Source of the DNA: Pseudomonadota bacterium
GTDB lineage: Bacteria > Pseudomonadota > Gammaproteobacteria > Burkholderiales > JABEVD01
Length of the DNA stretch: 64,000 bases
Direction: 5' to 3'
NCBI GenBank assembly: GCA_021848825.1
Contig: JAJZTQ010000008.1
Coordinates: 14,999-78,998, forward strand
Positions within the stretch are counted from its first letter, which is position 1. Every line of letters begins with the position of its first letter. The position numbers were made by a program, and so were the translations under genes. Under the pieces are notes generated by a model. That model saw nothing but the letters and a program-made list of their open reading frames with translations, was not told the DNA's origin and made no database searches. This document shows, piece by piece, positions 1 through 9,856 of the stretch.

Positions 1-1071
1 CGCACTTCGGATGGCGAATTCATCGTTGCCGACATGGACGGCTTCCTCAATCTCGACACCGACACGAACAGGATCGCCGTCACGGAGAAGATCGTCAACT
101 ATGGCGGCGTCAGCATGAAAACGACCGGGGATCTTCTCCTCGACGGGGAGCATTTCGAGGAGCATGGCGATATTCAGGAAAAAAGGGTGGTGGAAGGCAA
201 AAGCATCACCGTTTTCGGCGATGTCTTCGGCACAGTCGTCTCTTCAGGGGGCTTGATTCATTTCAAGAAAAACCTGGTGGGAGGCTCTGCCACGAACCAT
301 GACGGCGACATTGTCGTCGAAGGGCTAGCATCCAGCGCGATCATGCATGCAAGATACGGCGAAATCAGGCTCAAGACGGCGGAAAACTGCACCATTTCAG
401 GCAAGCATGTCGTCATCGAGCAGGCTGTCAACTGCACGGTTCTCGGTGAAACAGTGGAGATCGATCTCTGCGAAGGATCCGCCGTAGCAGGCAGGACGAT
501 AAGCATGAAGCTCGCAGGCCCCAGAAAGGAAAACCAGACGCTGGTTACGGTGCTTCTCCCGGACCTTTCCGGCATCAGAAAAAGGCTCGCCGAACTGGGC
601 GAACGCATGATAGCGATCGATGAGGAAATAGGGGAATTGAAGCAGAAAGGCGAACCGATCAGCTCCGGCAAGGAGGTCAGGAATTACCTCGCCATAGTCA
701 GCGGCGTGCAGAAAAAGGAGATCTCTCTCAGTGATGAACAGAAGGTCAATTTCCAGAAGCTCGGGATGAGGGTCGCGCCGGCCCTGAAAGCGCTCTCGGC
801 GATCAATTCGGATATCCAGGTGCTGCAGAAGGAAAAGGATGAATTGATCGAGGAGGGGCTGAAAATCGAGGACATGGAAAAGGAAGCGGTCAGGGGAATC
901 TCCTGCAACATCGAAAACATCTCCAGGGATACGCTGGTGACGAGAAGGAAGATCGAGATAGCGGAGCTCTCGCAACTGCACGCGAGGGAGTTGAGGGTCA
1001 GGCTGCTCGACCCGGGGACACCTGGAGGCCGCCTTCCCCATGACGAGAGCCTTTCCTGGACATACGCCTAG
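1..1071 (+). CDS. DUF342/FapA-like protein, C-terminal part (5' end outside window)
   Basis: Frame is open from base 1; the ORF track starts at an internal Met (34). A Gly/Val-rich repetitive beta-helix-like segment is followed by a Glu/Lys-rich coiled-coil segment, as in DUF342 proteins. Stop TAG at 1069-1071. Confidence 0.5.
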   Translation, partial: RTSDGEFIVADMDGFLNLDTDTNRIAVTEKIVNYGGVSMKTTGDLLLDGEHFEEHGDIQEKRVVEGKSITVFGDVFGTVVSSGGLIHFKKNLVGGSATNHDGDIVVEGLASSAIMHARYGEIRLKTAENCTISGKHVVIEQAVNCTVLGETVEIDLCEGSAVAGRTISMKLAGPRKENQTLVTVLLPDLSGIRKRLAELGERMIAIDEEIGELKQKGEPISSGKEVRNYLAIVSGVQKKEISLSDEQKVNFQKLGMRVAPALKALSAINSDIQVLQKEKDELIEEGLKIEDMEKEAVRGISCNIENISRDTLVTRRKIEIAELSQLHARELRVRLLDPGTPGGRLPHDESLSWTYA

Positions 1072-1127
1072 GGAACCACTGATTTATTCCCGCGCGGCCG
1101 CGTGGGAATAAATCAGTGGTTCCCTAG
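1068..1127. repeat. 60-bp near-perfect palindrome (24-bp perfect arms CTAGGGAACCACTGATTTATTCCC / GGGAATAAATCAGTGGTTCCCTAG), copy 1 of a repeated element; probable bidirectional terminator
   Basis: Arms read directly at 1068-1091 and 1104-1127. The 12-nt GC-rich spacer is itself nearly palindromic. The left arm recurs at 33417-33437. Confidence 0.9.
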
Positions 1128-2044
1128 CCCAGCATTTTTTCGTCTATCTTCTCGCGGTCGAGATGGGGCGCGAAGAAGGTGATGAAATCGTACATGTATC
1201 CCCTCAGGTAGCTGTTCTTCCTGATCGCAATCCTGGTCGTGGAGGGCTCGAAAAGATGGGAGGCATCGATTGATCTCAGCTTCCTGTCCCGCTCGGGGTC
1301 AAATGCCATTTTCGCAAGGATTCCGATGCCGAGCCCCATTTCCACATAAGTCTTGATGACGTCCGCATCTATCGCCGTCAGCACGACATTCGGCGAGAGA
1401 CCCTTCTCCTCGAAAGCCTTGTTGATTTTCGAGCGCCCCGTGAAAGCGAAATCGTAGGTGATGACGGGATATTCCGCGAGGTCCTCTATCCGCAGCCTGT
1501 TTTTCTTCAGGAGCGGATGTTTGGGCGGCGTCACGACGCATCTGTTCCACTCATAACAGGGCAGCATGACGAGATCCCCGAAAAGCTCGATCGCCTCCGT
1601 CGCAATGCCGATATCGACCTCACCCGATCTCACCATTTCCGCGATTTGCATCGGGCTTCCCTGGTGGAGATTCAGTGTGACGCCGGGATAGAGCGAGATG
1701 AATTTCCTGACAACAGCAGGCAGCACGTAGCGCGCCTGGGTATGGGTGGTTGCAATCCTGAGATTCCCGCCGGACTGGCTTCCGAATTCCTCCCCGACCC
1801 TTTTGAGGTTCTCCGAATCCTGGAGGATGCGGCTCGCGATCGAAACCACGGCCTTCCCAGGCTCGGTGACTGCGGCAAGGCGCTTGCCGTTTCGGACGAA
1901 GATATCGATGCCGAGTTCCTCTTCAAGCAGCCTGATCTGCTTGCTGATTCCCGGCTGGGAAGTATAGAGCGAATCGGCCGCGTCGGAAACGTTCAGCCCC
2001 CGCTTCACCACTTCGCAAAGAAAACGCAATTGCTGCAGCTTCAT
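1124..2044 (-). CDS. cysB: LysR-family transcriptional regulator, CysB-like
   Basis: N-terminal wHTH (MKLQQLRFLCEVV...SQPGISKQIRLLEEELG) and a length of 306 aa. Divergent from a sulfate-assimilation operon. Confidence 0.8.
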   Translation of the reverse strand: MKLQQLRFLCEVVKRGLNVSDAADSLYTSQPGISKQIRLLEEELGIDIFVRNGKRLAAVTEPGKAVVSIASRILQDSENLKRVGEEFGSQSGGNLRIATTHTQARYVLPAVVRKFISLYPGVTLNLHQGSPMQIAEMVRSGEVDIGIATEAIELFGDLVMLPCYEWNRCVVTPPKHPLLKKNRLRIEDLAEYPVITYDFAFTGRSKINKAFEEKGLSPNVVLTAIDADVIKTYVEMGLGIGILAKMAFDPERDRKLRSIDASHLFEPSTTRIAIRKNSYLRGYMYDFITFFAPHLDREKIDEKMLG

Positions 2045-2061
2045 TTTCTTAATTCCTTTCA

Positions 2062-2077
2062 GTTATAACAGTGTAAC
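2062..2077. promoter_or_regulatory. Candidate LysR-type (T-N11-A) dyad GTTATAACAGTGTAAC in the cysB/tauE divergent region
   Basis: Imperfect inverted repeat GTTATA-ACAG-TGTAAC, 18 bp upstream of the cysB start. Confidence 0.3.
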
Positions 2078-2145
2078 ACCAAATTCTTTATGAACATATA
2101 GGCTGATTGATATCATTTCTCCAGTTTCAGCGATACGGAGAAGAA

Positions 2146-2886
2146 ATGGATTACTGGTACGCATTTTCAGGCCTGGCGATCGGCGCCATCGTGGGCATGA
2201 CGGGGGTCGGGGGTGGGGCCCTGATGACCCCGCTTCTCGTGATCGCCTTCGGCATCCCGCCTGCCATCGCAGTCGGCACCGACCTGCTCTATGGCGCACT
2301 CACCAAGGCGGGGGGCGCCTGGATTCACAGGAATGCCGTCGACTGGAAAATAGTCGGATTGCTCGCTTCAGGCAGCATCCCTGCCGCGATATTCGGCATC
2401 CTGCTGCTCGAATCGCTTCCTTCAGGCGCAACGACCCCGGTCATTTCGACCGCCCTCGGCATTGCCCTCGTGCTCACCTCGGCCGCCCTCCTCTTCCGCG
2501 AGAGGATCATGCAATCGACCCCTTCTTCGGAAGCTCATGCTGCAGCGACAGTGATTTCGGGCGCAATCATCGGATTTTTCGTATCCGTCTCTTCCATCGG
2601 CGCAGGTGCGCTCGGCACGGTCGCGCTTTTCCATCTATACCCCCGCCTGTCCGCGATCAGGGTCGTGGCAACGGACATCGCCCATGCCGTGCCATTGACG
2701 GCGATCGCAGGAACAGCCCATGCGGCAATCGGCACGGTCGACTTCCATCTGCTGGAGATGCTGATCCTGGGCTCTCTTCCAGGAATCCATATCGGAAGCC
2801 TGCTCGCTTCGAAGATTCCGGAAAAAATGCTGAGAAGGATGCTTGCCGGCATGCTGATTCTGATCGGCGGGAAACTGATTTTTTGA
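2146..2886 (+). CDS. TSUP (TauE/SafE) family anion permease
   Basis: Polytopic Gly-rich membrane protein (GMTGVGGGALMTPLL; second half-repeat SSIGAGALG). ATG 2146 is preceded by GGAG; the track's 2107 start is a TTG. Confidence 0.8.
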   Translation: MDYWYAFSGLAIGAIVGMTGVGGGALMTPLLVIAFGIPPAIAVGTDLLYGALTKAGGAWIHRNAVDWKIVGLLASGSIPAAIFGILLLESLPSGATTPVISTALGIALVLTSAALLFRERIMQSTPSSEAHAAATVISGAIIGFFVSVSSIGAGALGTVALFHLYPRLSAIRVVATDIAHAVPLTAIAGTAHAAIGTVDFHLLEMLILGSLPGIHIGSLLASKIPEKMLRRMLAGMLILIGGKLIF

Positions 2887-2898
2887 GAGAGGAAAGAC

Positions 2899-4905
2899 AT
2901 GAAACTCACCGACTCGCGTGAAATAGACAGGTTCGAGGCAGCCCTGGAAGCCTATTTCAACCTCCAGATCGATCCGGAGCGCTTCACCTCGATCAGGCTG
3001 CAGCACGGCGTATACGGCCAGCGCCAGGAAGGGGTCAACATGCTGAGAGTGAAGATTCCCGGGGGTTCGATCAATCCCGAACAGCTCGACGCCATAGCGG
3101 AAGTACTGGACACTCATTCGCAAAGCGAAGCGGCCCATGTGACGACAAGACAGGACATCCAGATCCATTCCGTTCCGCTTGCCCGAACCCCTCAAGCCAT
3201 GCGCATCCTGGCAAGAGCCGGTCTCACGACAAGGGAAGCATGCGGCAATACCGTGAGGAACATCACCGCCTGCCCCATGGCCGGCGTATGCGACGCCGAG
3301 CATGTGGACGTCTCGACGCACCTCGAAGGCGCCGTGCTGCATTTCCTGAGGAATCCGCTTTCCCAGCAGATGCCGAGGAAATTCAAGATCAGCTTCTCCG
3401 GATGCGAAGCGGATTGCGCTCAGTCTATGATCCACGATCTCGGGGTCGTTGCGCTTCACGACGGGGAGCGCTCCGGATTCAGGATCACCGCAGGAGGGGG
3501 GCTCGGCCACAAGCCTCACGAAGCGATCGTCGTCGAGGAATTCGTCGAGGAAAAGGATCTCCTGATCGTGATGGAAGCCCTGGTTTCGCTTCACAACCGC
3601 TATTCCGACAGGACGAAGCGCGCGAAATCGAGGATCAAGTTCCTCGTCGACCGCTTCGGATCGGAAGGATTCATCGAGAAATACAGGGAGGAACTCGAGA
3701 TCACGAGAAGCGCGCTGGAGGGTCAGCCCTATCCTCGGGCCGAATGGAGAAAGGGCGGCAGGCAGGCCGGCATGCAGGGCGCGCCAAGAAGCATCACCGA
3801 ACAGAAGCAGAAAGGGTTTTTTGTCTTTCCAGTCGCGCTTGAAGTCGGCAGCCTCCGTTCGAATCAGCTTCGCGGCATTGCCGAAATTGCAAAAAGGCAC
3901 GGCCTTCACGACATCCGGACCACCCAGGATCAGAATCTGATCTTTCTCGACGTTCCGGAAAAGCTGATCGCCATCCTGGACAAGGCCCTTTCAGAAATCG
4001 GGCTGGGGGCGCCCAAGACCGGAGACGATGTCACCGCCTGCCCCGGAAACTCGACATGCCGACTCGGCATCACGTCCAGCATGTCCGTGGCCGGGAAAGT
4101 CGAAGGAGGAAGGCATGACCTCAGGATCAGGATATCCGGATGCCACAACGGATGCGCACAGCCGGAAACGGGAGACATCGGAATCTACGGGGAAGGACGG
4201 CGGATCCACGGAAAGCTTGTCCCCCACTACCAGCTCTATCTGGGCGGCAATGGAACGGGTGGCGGTTCGCTCGCGATCAAGGGGCCTTCGATTCCTTCTG
4301 CGAGGATAACCGAAGCCATAGAGAGGCTGAAAGAGGCGCACGAGAACCAGCAGGAATCCTTCTTCTCATGGGTCAGGAAAATGGGAAAAGGCTACTTCGA
4401 TGCGCTTCTCTCCGATCTCGTCGAGGTGAAGCCCGAGGCCCTGCTTTCGGTCCTGCAGGACCATGGAGAAGACCGTGAATTCAGGGTTCTCCAGCTGGGC
4501 GGCGGGGAATGCGCAGGTTCATCCCAATTGAAGATAGGCTCGACATTTTTCGAGGCGGCCCATGAACGCCGTTACCGCGACGCGCTTTTCATGCAGAGAA
4601 AATACGGGGAGGCTGCGAAATGCGCGGAATCCATCCTTTCCCTGATCGGCGGAGGGCTGGTCGCGCTCCACGGCGGGCAAAGCGGGAGCGAATTCGAATC
4701 CATTTCCGCGAACCTGAAGGCGCTGATACCAGGAGACCTTTCCAGCCTTTTCGAGGAAATCGTCCACCGCCTGAAGAACGTGGAGGCCGAGTCGCTTTCC
4801 AGCCTTTTCAGGTCTATCGATGCCTGGACCCAGGATGCGGCCGAGCACTGCCTGAGGGAGGACAGCCAGCTCGATATTCTTGACGCACTACCGAGGGCCG
4901 CATGA
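2899..4905 (+). CDS. cysI: Assimilatory sulfite reductase hemoprotein (NirA/SirA/CysI family) with ~190-aa C-terminal extension
   Basis: Two ferredoxin-like/NIR_SIR half-repeats. CX5C..CX3C motifs at C125/C131/C169/C173 and at C381/C387/C415/C419. The stop overlaps the cysH start (ATGA). Confidence 0.8.
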   Translation: MKLTDSREIDRFEAALEAYFNLQIDPERFTSIRLQHGVYGQRQEGVNMLRVKIPGGSINPEQLDAIAEVLDTHSQSEAAHVTTRQDIQIHSVPLARTPQAMRILARAGLTTREACGNTVRNITACPMAGVCDAEHVDVSTHLEGAVLHFLRNPLSQQMPRKFKISFSGCEADCAQSMIHDLGVVALHDGERSGFRITAGGGLGHKPHEAIVVEEFVEEKDLLIVMEALVSLHNRYSDRTKRAKSRIKFLVDRFGSEGFIEKYREELEITRSALEGQPYPRAEWRKGGRQAGMQGAPRSITEQKQKGFFVFPVALEVGSLRSNQLRGIAEIAKRHGLHDIRTTQDQNLIFLDVPEKLIAILDKALSEIGLGAPKTGDDVTACPGNSTCRLGITSSMSVAGKVEGGRHDLRIRISGCHNGCAQPETGDIGIYGEGRRIHGKLVPHYQLYLGGNGTGGGSLAIKGPSIPSARITEAIERLKEAHENQQESFFSWVRKMGKGYFDALLSDLVEVKPEALLSVLQDHGEDREFRVLQLGGGECAGSSQLKIGSTFFEAAHERRYRDALFMQRKYGEAAKCAESILSLIGGGLVALHGGQSGSEFESISANLKALIPGDLSSLFEEIVHRLKNVEAESLSSLFRSIDAWTQDAAEHCLREDSQLDILDALPRAA

Positions 4906-5573
4906 TGGAAAAGATCGAAAAGCTTCGCCAGACGCTCGAAGCCATCTCTTCCAGCCATGCCCCTGCATGCCTCGCATGCAGCTTCGGCGTCGAGGATATG
5001 GTGCTCATCGACATGATAGCGCGGCACAAGATCGACATTTCCGCCTTCACGCTCGATACGGGCCGCCTTCACGATGAAACGTACGAGCTGATGCAGCTTG
5101 CGAAGGCGCGATATGAACTCGAAATAGCCGTCTATTTCCCGAATTCGGACGATATCGAGCGCCTCTCGAGAAAAAGCGGGCCGAACGGATTCTACGATTC
5201 CGCCGAGATCAGGAAATCCTGCTGCCGCATCAGGAAGATCGAGCCTTTGAAGCGCGCGCTCTCAGGAAAGAATGCCTGGATCACCGGATTGAGGCGGCAG
5301 CAATCCACGACGAGGAGCGATCTCAGGGCGGCGGAATACGACGCTGAAAACGGGCTTTACAAGTACAACCCGCTCTTCGAATGGAGCGAAGAAGAAATCT
5401 GGAATTACATCAGAATGCATGGCGTTCCATACAACCGGCTGCACGACTCGGGATTCCCGAGCATAGGCTGTTCTCCCTGCACCAGGGCGATAGCAAAAGG
5501 GGAGGACATCCGCGCAGGGCGCTGGTGGTGGGAAGATGCCTCGAACAGGGAATGCGGAATTCACAGGAAATAA
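4902..5573 (+). CDS. cysH: Adenylyl-sulfate (APS) / PAPS reductase, thioredoxin-dependent, Fe-S type
   Basis: PAPS_reduct fold, C-terminal ECGIH motif, and the CC...CSPC cysteines characteristic of bacterial APS reductases. Confidence 0.9.
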   Translation: MMEKIEKLRQTLEAISSSHAPACLACSFGVEDMVLIDMIARHKIDISAFTLDTGRLHDETYELMQLAKARYELEIAVYFPNSDDIERLSRKSGPNGFYDSAEIRKSCCRIRKIEPLKRALSGKNAWITGLRRQQSTTRSDLRAAEYDAENGLYKYNPLFEWSEEEIWNYIRMHGVPYNRLHDSGFPSIGCSPCTRAIAKGEDIRAGRWWWEDASNRECGIHRK

Positions 5574-5574
5574 C

Positions 5575-6474
5575 ATGAAAAAACTAGATCATCTCGATAT
5601 TCTGGAAAGCGAATCGATCCATATCATGAGGGAAGTCGCGGCAGAATGCGCGAATCCCGCCCTGCTTTTTTCAGGCGGAAAGGATTCCATCGTGCTGCTG
5701 AGGCTGGCTGAGAAGGCTTTCAGACCCGCAAGATTCCCTTTCCCTCTATTGCACATCGACACCGGACACAATTTCCCGGAAGTGATCGATTTCAGGGACA
5801 GGCGCGCGAATGAGCTTGGAGAAAGGCTGATCGTCCGCTCCATGGAAGACTCTATAAAAAACAAGCGCGTCGTGCTGAAGCGCCATGACCAGAGCAGGAA
5901 CGCCTTCCAGTCAGTGACCCTGCTGGATGCCATCGCGGAATTCAATTTCGACGCCTGCCTGGGCGGGGCCCGGCGCGACGAGGAAAAGGCGAGGGCGAAG
6001 GAAAGGATATTCTCCTTCAGGGACGAATTCGGCCAATGGGATCCGAAAAACCAGAGGCCCGAATTGTGGGACATCTACAATACCCGCGTTCATCCTGGAG
6101 AAAACATCCGGGTTTTCCCCATCAGCAACTGGACTGAACTCGATATCTGGCAATACATCAGACGGGAGAAACTGGAAATCCCCGGCATCTATTTCGCGCA
6201 CAGCCGGGAAGTAATCAGGCGAGGAAACGGCCTGATGCCAGTCTCCCATCTCGTGAAGCCGCTCGAGGGGGAAAAAACGGAGAAGATTTCCGTCAGATTC
6301 AGGACGGTCGGCGACATGACCTGCACCTGCCCCGTCGAATCGATCGCATCGAACCTGGAAGAGATCATCATGGAAACGGCTGCGACCAGGATCACGGAAA
6401 GGGGGGCGACGAGGATGGACGACCAGACTTCCGACGCCTCCATGGAACTCAGAAAAAGGGAAGGATACTTCTGA
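5575..6474 (+). CDS. cysD: Sulfate adenylyltransferase subunit 2
   Basis: [21 protein letters not shown]... and [12 protein letters not shown]-loop. ATG 5575 follows the cysH stop by 1 nt. Confidence 0.95.
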   Translation: MKKLDHLDILESESIHIMREVAAECANPALLFSGGKDSIVLLRLAEKAFRPARFPFPLLHIDTGHNFPEVIDFRDRRANELGERLIVRSMEDSIKNKRVVLKRHDQSRNAFQSVTLLDAIAEFNFDACLGGARRDEEKARAKERIFSFRDEFGQWDPKNQRPELWDIYNTRVHPGENIRVFPISNWTELDIWQYIRREKLEIPGIYFAHSREVIRRGNGLMPVSHLVKPLEGEKTEKISVRFRTVGDMTCTCPVESIASNLEEIIMETAATRITERGATRMDDQTSDASMELRKREGYF

Positions 6475-7700
6475 TGAAAACAATGCTCAGGTTCATCACT
6501 GCAGGGAGCGTCGACGACGGCAAGAGCACCCTGATAGGGCGGCTGCTCCACGATTCGAAATCGATCTTCGAGGACCAGCTCTCGGCCATGGAGAAAACGA
6601 CGAAGAGAAGGGGATTGCAGGGGATCGATCTTTCTTTGCTTACCGATGGCCTCCAGGCCGAACGCGAGCAGGGGATCACGATCGACGTCGCTTACCGCTA
6701 TTTCTCGACGCCGAAAAGAAAATTCATCATCGCCGACACCCCCGGGCACGAGCAGTATACCCGCAACATGGTGACCGGCGCATCTACTGCGAATCTCGCG
6801 ATCATCCTGATAGATGCAAGGCGAGGCGTGCTCACTCAGACGAAGCGCCACGCCTATCTCGCGAGCCTGGTCGGCATTCCCCATCTCGTCGTGGCGGTCA
6901 ACAAGATGGATCTCGTCGGCTATTCGAAAGAGGCTTTCGAATCCATCGTGGCCGAATTTTCCGATTTTGCAGCCAGGCTAGACATCGAGGACATCGTTGC
7001 CATCCCGATGTCGGCGCTCGAAGGCGACAATGTCGTCGAAAAAACGGAAAACATGCCATGGTACGAAGGGGAGACGCTTCTTTCCGTTCTCGAGAACGTC
7101 GAAAGAGAACAGGATATCGGCGATTTCAGGTTCCCTGTTCAATGGGTATGCAGGCCCGGGCAGGGCTTCAGGGGATACATGGGCAGGATAGAATCGGGAA
7201 GCGTCGCTGTAGGCGACGAAATAGCCGTTCTTCCTTCCGGAAGAAATTCGAGGATCCGGGAAATCCATACCTTCGACGGCCCGCTTCTCGAAGCAGTCGC
7301 CCCGCAGTCCGTCACCCTGCTCCTCGAAGAAGAGCTCGACATATCGCGAGGCGACATGATCGTGAAACGGGACAACCAGCCGAAGCTATCCAGGACATTC
7401 GAGGCGATGCTCTGCTGGCTTTCCGAGGAGCCGCTCGATGCCAAAAGAAAATACCTGATCAAGCATGGGACCAGAACGTCGAAAATCGTCTTCGAGAAAA
7501 TAGATTACAGGGTGAATGTCAATTCTCTCGAGCAGGAATCGGGGATCGCCTCGCTTTCCATGAACGACATCGCAAGGGTCGGATTGAGGGCCCAGCATGC
7601 CCTCGCCGCGGACAGCTATGCGAAGAACCGCGCCACCGGAAGTTTCATCCTGATAGACGAATTCACCAACAATACGGTCGCGGCGGGCATGATGACCTGA
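6474..7700 (+). CDS. cysN: Sulfate adenylyltransferase subunit 1 (GTPase), no fused APS-kinase domain
   Basis: [14 protein letters not shown] and NKMD GTPase motifs. At 408 aa there is no CysC domain. The start overlaps the cysD stop. Confidence 0.95.
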   Translation: MKTMLRFITAGSVDDGKSTLIGRLLHDSKSIFEDQLSAMEKTTKRRGLQGIDLSLLTDGLQAEREQGITIDVAYRYFSTPKRKFIIADTPGHEQYTRNMVTGASTANLAIILIDARRGVLTQTKRHAYLASLVGIPHLVVAVNKMDLVGYSKEAFESIVAEFSDFAARLDIEDIVAIPMSALEGDNVVEKTENMPWYEGETLLSVLENVEREQDIGDFRFPVQWVCRPGQGFRGYMGRIESGSVAVGDEIAVLPSGRNSRIREIHTFDGPLLEAVAPQSVTLLLEEELDISRGDMIVKRDNQPKLSRTFEAMLCWLSEEPLDAKRKYLIKHGTRTSKIVFEKIDYRVNVNSLEQESGIASLSMNDIARVGLRAQHALAADSYAKNRATGSFILIDEFTNNTVAAGMMT

Positions 7701-7767
7701 TCCAGGGTTGGTATAATATCGGGAGAAAGGGAACTTTTCCCCTATGCCTTCGTACAGGAAACCCGAG

Positions 7768-8892
7768 ATGAAATTATTGCCCCTGGCCGCCCTCCTATTT
7801 CTGGGCAATGCCCTGGCAGATCCCCTGCCGATCCCCTCAGCACCGCAAGTCGATGCAAGGAATTATGCCCTTTTCGATCCCGCCTCGGGCCAGATCCTGG
7901 CCCAGAAGGACGCGGACAGCAGAGTTCCGCCTGCAAGCCTCACCAAGCTGATGACAGCCTACCTGACATTCCAGGCGCTCTCCTCCGGGCACCTCTCGCT
8001 GGGACAGAATATCCAGGTAAGTCGGGAGGCCTGGAAGGCCGGAGGATCGACGATGTTCCTCCAGCCTGATCTTCCGGCAAATGTGGAGCAGGCCATCCAG
8101 GGCATGGTCGTCGTTTCCGGGAACGATGCGGCAGTCGCCCTTGCCGAAGCGGTTGCAGGCAATACCCAGAGCTTCGTCCAGATGATGAATGCATCCGCCC
8201 AGAAGCTCGGCATGACCCAGACCCATTTCGTGGACGTCGACGGATTGCCCGATCCCACCCACCTCACCAGCGCAAGGGATATCGGCATCCTGACCGAAGC
8301 GATTATCCGCGAGTTTCCGCAGTACCTCCATTATTTCTCGGAAAAGACATTCACCTACAACCGCATCACCCAGAACAACTGGAACCCGCTCGTCTTCACC
8401 GACAGCACCGTGACTGGCATGAAAACAGGCCATACCGACGAAGCGGGCTACTGCCTCGACGCCACTGCGAGAAGGGGCGGAAGAACATTGATTGCCGTGG
8501 TGCTGGGCGCATCGACGAGGGGGGACAGCGCGAAATCCGCTGAAGCCCTGCTCGATTACGGATTCAGGTTCTTCGAGACGCACAGGGCTTATGCTGCCGG
8601 TCAGAATATCGAAACCATTTCCGACCCGGCCGCAGTCTCCGGGAAGATCCCATTGGGCCCCGACCATGACATCTGGGTAACGGTGGCGAGCGGCGCGTAT
8701 CCGACGATCAGGCCGAGGCTGGTTCTGCCGAAGGAAATCCCCCTTCCCCTGAAGAAGGGACAGGCGGTGGGCAAGCTCGTTCTGGAAAATGGAACGACTC
8801 AGGTCGCGGAATTTCCGCTGGTGGCATTGAAGCCGGTCGAGAAGGCGGGCTGGATGACCAGATTGTGGAACATGGCAAAGGCCAGGCTTTGA
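7768..8892 (+). CDS. Serine-type D-Ala-D-Ala carboxypeptidase (PBP5/6 family)
   Basis: Signal peptide, SLTKLMT (SxxK), SGND (SxN) and KTGHT (KTG) motifs. Confidence 0.85.
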   Translation: MKLLPLAALLFLGNALADPLPIPSAPQVDARNYALFDPASGQILAQKDADSRVPPASLTKLMTAYLTFQALSSGHLSLGQNIQVSREAWKAGGSTMFLQPDLPANVEQAIQGMVVVSGNDAAVALAEAVAGNTQSFVQMMNASAQKLGMTQTHFVDVDGLPDPTHLTSARDIGILTEAIIREFPQYLHYFSEKTFTYNRITQNNWNPLVFTDSTVTGMKTGHTDEAGYCLDATARRGGRTLIAVVLGASTRGDSAKSAEALLDYGFRFFETHRAYAAGQNIETISDPAAVSGKIPLGPDHDIWVTVASGAYPTIRPRLVLPKEIPLPLKKGQAVGKLVLENGTTQVAEFPLVALKPVEKAGWMTRLWNMAKARL

Positions 8893-8929
8893 AAATGAAG
8901 GATTAGGCAGTAGAATTGCCAATTTTGCC

Positions 8930-9856
8930 ATGCAGGTTTTCCGCGGGATTCCCGAAAAGGCCGAAAAGCCTGTCGCCCTCACGATAGGCAATTTCGACGG
9001 GGTGCATATCGGGCACCAGTCAGTTCTTGCCCGCCTCAAGGAGAAGGCTGAATCGCTTTCGATTCCTGCCTGCGTGATGACTTTCGAACCCCATCCCAGG
9101 GAATTCTTCGATCCGGAAAATGCCCCGGCGAGACTCACCGACATGCGGGAGAAGCTCTCCATTTTCGCCAAGCTCGGCATGGATCGGGTCCATGTATGCC
9201 GCTTCGACAGGGATTTTGCGAAGATGACTGCAGCCGACTTCGAGGCTGGCATCCATGCCGGGCTCGATGCGAAATGGGTCCTGATCGGCGACGATTTCAG
9301 GTACGGCGCGAGGCGCACAGGCGACTTCGAATCGATGACCAGGGCGGCCGAGAAATTCGGCTTCGAAGTGGAAGCCATGCACAGCGTGAAGCTCGACGGT
9401 CAAAGGATTTCCAGCACCCTGGTCAGGGAAGCTGTTTTTTCCGGAAAACTGGATTTCGCGAGAAGGCTGCTCGGCAGGAATTACAGCATCGTTGGGCGGG
9501 TCGTGCACGGCAACAAGCTCGGCAAGAAAATAGGCTTCCCGACGGCCAACATCAGGCTCAGGCACAACAGGCCTCCGCTCTCCGGCATCCATGTGGTGGA
9601 AGTCCACGGCATAGCGGAAAATGCCTTGAGGGGGGTGGCAAGCCTAGGCGTGAGGCCGACGGTGATGAATGGCGGCAAGCCGGTGCTCGAAGTGTATCTG
9701 TTCGATTTCGAAGAAAACATATACGGCGCTCGCCTGCGGGTCGATTTTCTGTTCAAATTGAGGGATGAGGCAAAATTTCCGGATCTCGATTCCCTGAAGG
9801 CGCAGATCGCTCTGGATGCCGAGAACGCCAGGCAATATTTCGAAAATAGATCATGA
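8930..9856 (+). CDS. ribF: Bifunctional riboflavin kinase / FAD synthetase
   Basis: [11 protein letters not shown] nucleotidyltransferase motif and a C-terminal riboflavin-kinase domain. ATGA overlap with ileS. Confidence 0.95.
   Translation: MQVFRGIPEKAEKPVALTIGNFDGVHIGHQSVLARLKEKAESLSIPACVMTFEPHPREFFDPENAPARLTDMREKLSIFAKLGMDRVHVCRFDRDFAKMTAADFEAGIHAGLDAKWVLIGDDFRYGARRTGDFESMTRAAEKFGFEVEAMHSVKLDGQRISSTLVREAVFSGKLDFARRLLGRNYSIVGRVVHGNKLGKKIGFPTANIRLRHNRPPLSGIHVVEVHGIAENALRGVASLGVRPTVMNGGKPVLEVYLFDFEENIYGARLRVDFLFKLRDEAKFPDLDSLKAQIALDAENARQYFENRS

Noticed and set aside
2635-3909. 424-aa minus-strand ORF overlapping tauE-like and cysI; similar cases at 14911-16272, 49938-51026 and 56634-58100
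   Set aside because: All are antisense to well-supported genes (cysI, ubiD, nasC, katG) and lack start context or motifs.
7837-9378. 513-aa ORF on the minus strand spanning dacC-like and ribF
   Set aside because: It runs antisense to two genes with unmistakable motifs (SxxK/KTG; ribF). Its composition is Arg/Gly/Pro-rich, typical of shadow frames in GC-rich DNA, and it has no recognisable motif.
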